The notes under the pieces are model-generated. The model saw only the letters and a list, made by a program, of their open reading frames with translations, was not told where the DNA came from and searched no databases. A stretch of 64,000 nucleotides of DNA from Candidatus Parvarchaeum sp. GTDB taxonomy: Archaea; Nanobdellota; Nanobdellia; Pacearchaeales; GW2011-AR1. Location of the stretch: assembly GCA_020724955.1 (NCBI GenBank), contig DYFY01000003.1, forward strand, positions 23,463-87,462, written 5' to 3'. Both the position numbers and the translations under genes were made by a program. Shown here piece by piece: positions 61,588 through 64,000 of this stretch (the stretch's first letter is position 1; every line of letters starts with the position of its first letter).

Positions 61588-64000
61588 AATACGGATTCGG
61601 CGGTTGCCTTGGAAACACAGGGTTATTCCTCGGAGGAGGCATAGGAGGCCTTCCGTAAAACCTGTTCGCCCCAATTCCAGAGTTTCTTTTTCTGAGCTTC
61701 AGGAACACAATCACACCGACTATAGCAATTGCAAGTACAAGTATTCCTATTATCCAATATATCGCTGTTTTGCTTATTGAGGTCTGCGTATTTCCAGGAA
61801 GATTGCCTGTATTGCCTGTATTTGTGTTAGTTGTTGTAGTTGTTACAGTGCATTGTTTTATCTCTCCGGCATTTGTAGGTTTCTTATCTTCTGTTCCACA
61901 ACTGTTTAGGTCAATGCAGTCATAAGTCTGCTGTCCTCCGGAGCACTGAGTCCAGATGCAGTCCCAGACTTCTGTGCAACTACCGCTTCCTCCGCCATTG
62001 CCCCCACCTGTGCCTGTTCCGTTGCTTCCTGAAGAGCCAGGGTTGTCATCTTCAAACAGCATTTCTATTTCATTAGGAGTGAGTGCTTTTGTGTAAATCC
62101 TAAGCTCATCCATCGTTCCTTTGAATGGGAACTGCAAATCAGGCTCAAATCTTGCCCCAATATACAAGTCCTCGTTTGTTGACAAATCCTCACATGAGTT
62201 ATCAATGCTTTGCCCTTCTGATTCTCCATCAACATAAACCTTGAGGCTCTTTGTAGCTAGGTCTCTCACTGCAACAACATGGTGCCAGTTTCCGTCATCA
62301 ACTCTAGTGTCTGAAGAAACTTCCTGCACAGTGCCGCACTTGAAGAAGAAATTAAACGTTCCCGGCTCGCTTAATGAGTGATTGTTATTAACCCATATTC
62401 CATAATCCTTAAAAGGCTGTCCTGTCCCGGCAGCATCATTTTTCTCCAAAATTATCTGCAATGCCTCATCACTTCCAGAGGTTTTTATCCATGTACTTAT
62501 TGTAAATGAGGTCCCAGACAAATCAAGCTTATGGGAGTCATAAACCCTGATAAAATCATTTTTCCCGTCAAACTCAAGCGCATTTCCTGAGACTCCGTCA
62601 ACTTCTTTAAGGTTTCCTTCTACCAGCCCGACATGCGCATGTGAGGATTCATCTTTAAACTGGGAATCATCGCTGAATTTGTAATACAGGACAAAAGTTT
62701 CATCATCGTACTTTTTCTGAATTTCACTTGCAGACAAAACTTTTTTGCTTATAACTAAGTCATCTATACTTCCGTTAAGGAAATACTTCGGCCCCTGGAC
62801 GCTTCTGCCTCCGCCGATAGTGAGCAGATAAGAGTTCCAATAAGGCCTGTTGCTTCCAAAGTTTTCGCTTTTTGCAAGCCTGCCGTCCAGATATATCTCC
62901 GCATTGCCGTTGTTAAAGTTGATTGTAAAGAAGTTCCATGCGTCTTCTCTGATTGATTGCGGAGACGCCAATCTCTTTGTCTTTGCGACGCTGTTTTCAG
63001 GATTTATCTCAAAAACAAGTTTGTTGTTGGAATCAACAAAAACGCTGTAAGAGTATTCACTTTCCCCCTCTCTTCCTTTGGATAATATCATCTGCTTGTT
63101 GTTTGTACGGGTTAGTTCATTCAGCTTAAACCATCCGCTGATGCTAAACTCATCCCTTAAGTTCAGCAAGTTTCCAGCATCAACAATATTATCTCCGTTA
63201 AAGTTTAATGCATTGTCATTAATTCCATCGACAAGCTTCACAGCTTTTTTTTCAGGGATTCCGTTATAATGGTTATCTGAAAAGTCTGTGAATTTGTTAT
63301 CAACAAGAGAGTCAAACCTGTATTCAAGCTGTTTTTCATTTCTCACAAGATTATGCCAGCTTTCTATTTCCCAAGCAGCCAAAACCCGTTTGTCTATTCT
63401 GACATTGTCAATTTGTCCTTTAAACAAACTGCCAGGTGCATTAACGTTCTTATTGAACCCTGCTCCTACTCTTACCGGCTGTGCAGTGTTAGCCACAGAC
63501 CCGGAAGCGCTAACTTCTTTGTCCAGTTTTCCGTCAATATACAGCTTTAATTTGCTCCCGCCGTATGTGGCTGTTAGCTGAGTCCACTTATTCGGAGTTA
63601 TTTTGTTTGTGGAAGCCACGGATTTAGCCGTTCCTGTCGGCTGATCAAAGAAGCTGAATCCTGCATGGCCGTCGGGTTTTATATCAAGATTATAGCTGAA
63701 TTCGTCGGGAAACGCAGACTTTCCGACTATTCTGTAATATTGATTCGCTCCTGTCGGCAAAGCAGAAGGCTTTATCCAGGCGCTAACGCTAAAAGTATTG
63801 GTTAAATCAATGTCAGCTCCTGAACTTACATAATCATCAGTTCCGTCTAAGTTTAGAGCCTTTCCCTCTATCCCGTCAACCAGATTCGCCCCAACAACAC
63901 TCCCATCTCTTTTCTTGATGGAAGAATCAGGGGTTTTTCCATTGGCTATTGACTCAAATTCGTAAAAAAGTTCTGTGTTGCCTTCAGAAGGAGACAGCAA
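61571..64000 (-). CDS. Multi-LamG (concanavalin-A-like lectin) surface protein, 5' end cut by the window edge
   Basis: More than 809 aa. It has at least four repeats of the Laminin_G_3-type pattern (ALNLDGTDDYVSSG...FSVSAWIKP; ALNFNGDN...FSISGWFKL; ALEFDGKNDFIRV...FTISTWIKT; MDELRIY). A Gly/Ser linker follows, then a Cys-rich module, a Thr/Asn linker, a TM helix and a Pro-rich tail (RPPMPPPRNNPVFPRQPPNPYYGQGR). Confidence 0.7.
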   Translation of the reverse strand: MLSPSEGNTELFYEFESIANGKTPDSSIKKRDGSVVGANLVDGIEGKALNLDGTDDYVSSGADIDLTNTFSVSAWIKPSALPTGANQYYRIVGKSAFPDEFSYNLDIKPDGHAGFSFFDQPTGTAKSVASTNKITPNKWTQLTATYGGSKLKLYIDGKLDKEVSASGSVANTAQPVRVGAGFNKNVNAPGSLFKGQIDNVRIDKRVLAAWEIESWHNLVRNEKQLEYRFDSLVDNKFTDFSDNHYNGIPEKKAVKLVDGINDNALNFNGDNIVDAGNLLNLRDEFSISGWFKLNELTRTNNKQMILSKGREGESEYSYSVFVDSNNKLVFEINPENSVAKTKRLASPQSIREDAWNFFTINFNNGNAEIYLDGRLAKSENFGSNRPYWNSYLLTIGGGRSVQGPKYFLNGSIDDLVISKKVLSASEIQKKYDDETFVLYYKFSDDSQFKDESSHAHVGLVEGNLKEVDGVSGNALEFDGKNDFIRVYDSHKLDLSGTSFTISTWIKTSGSDEALQIILEKNDAAGTGQPFKDYGIWVNNNHSLSEPGTFNFFFKCGTVQEVSSDTRVDDGNWHHVVAVRDLATKSLKVYVDGESEGQSIDNSCEDLSTNEDLYIGARFEPDLQFPFKGTMDELRIYTKALTPNEIEMLFEDDNPGSSGSNGTGTGGGNGGGSGSCTEVWDCIWTQCSGGQQTYDCIDLNSCGTEDKKPTNAGEIKQCTVTTTTTNTNTGNTGNLPGNTQTSISKTAIYWIIGILVLAIAIVGVIVFLKLRKRNSGIGANRFYGRPPMPPPRNNPVFPRQPPNPYYGQGR

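Noticed and set aside
1-64000. CRISPR arrays, transposases or integrases, rRNA genes, and toxin-antitoxin or restriction-type defence systems
   Set aside because: I found no regularly spaced direct repeats and no DDE or tyrosine-recombinase-like ORFs. I also found no rRNA-like GC-rich untranslated blocks and no recognisable defence gene motifs. The RHH gene has no adjacent toxin-like partner.

Overview
This 64-kb window is a low-GC archaeal chromosome segment. The gene content is archaeal: FtsZ plus SepF, PCNA, an AEP primase, Spt5, SecE, L11, L40e, L37ae, RpoP, aIF5A, prefoldin and an S-layer gene. The compact genes and a fused primase suggest a DPANN-like lineage, but that placement is inference only. 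The window has four parts. (1) 1-16.4 kb is a very AT-rich surface-glycan biosynthesis island with GT2, GT4 and GT9 transferases, FkbM methyltransferases, a carbamoyltransferase, an epimerase, a flippase and three P-loop proteins. (2) 16.5-27.5 kb holds core information-processing and cell-division genes and one tRNA-Pro. (3) 27.5-50.5 kb is a cell-envelope region. It contains an acidic surface protein, an S-layer gene with a structured leader and two accessory paralogs. It also contains the most unusual feature, a roughly 15.7-kb set of minus-strand genes (34778-50470). These encode seven proteins with archaeal class-III (type-IV-pilin-like) N-termini and very large cysteine-rich proteins carrying Gly/Ala-rich hydrophobic blocks. 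The module occurs twice, once with the large protein as a single 1386-aa fusion and once split into 510-aa and 779-aa genes. An RHH regulator gene heads the array. No pilus ATPase, platform protein or prepilin peptidase lies in the window. (4) 50.5-64 kb holds replication genes, more Cys-rich membrane-anchored surface proteins (an alpha/alpha-toroid protein and a multi-LamG protein), a secreted SNase-LTD nuclease and redox genes. Four CDSs below the ORF-track cutoff were found by hand (L40e, SecE, RpoP, the RHH protein), plus an edge-truncated GT9 gene that the track omits. I also found a three-copy intergenic repeat family. All calls rest on reading the translated sequence and motifs by eye. 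No database search or numerical computation was run.
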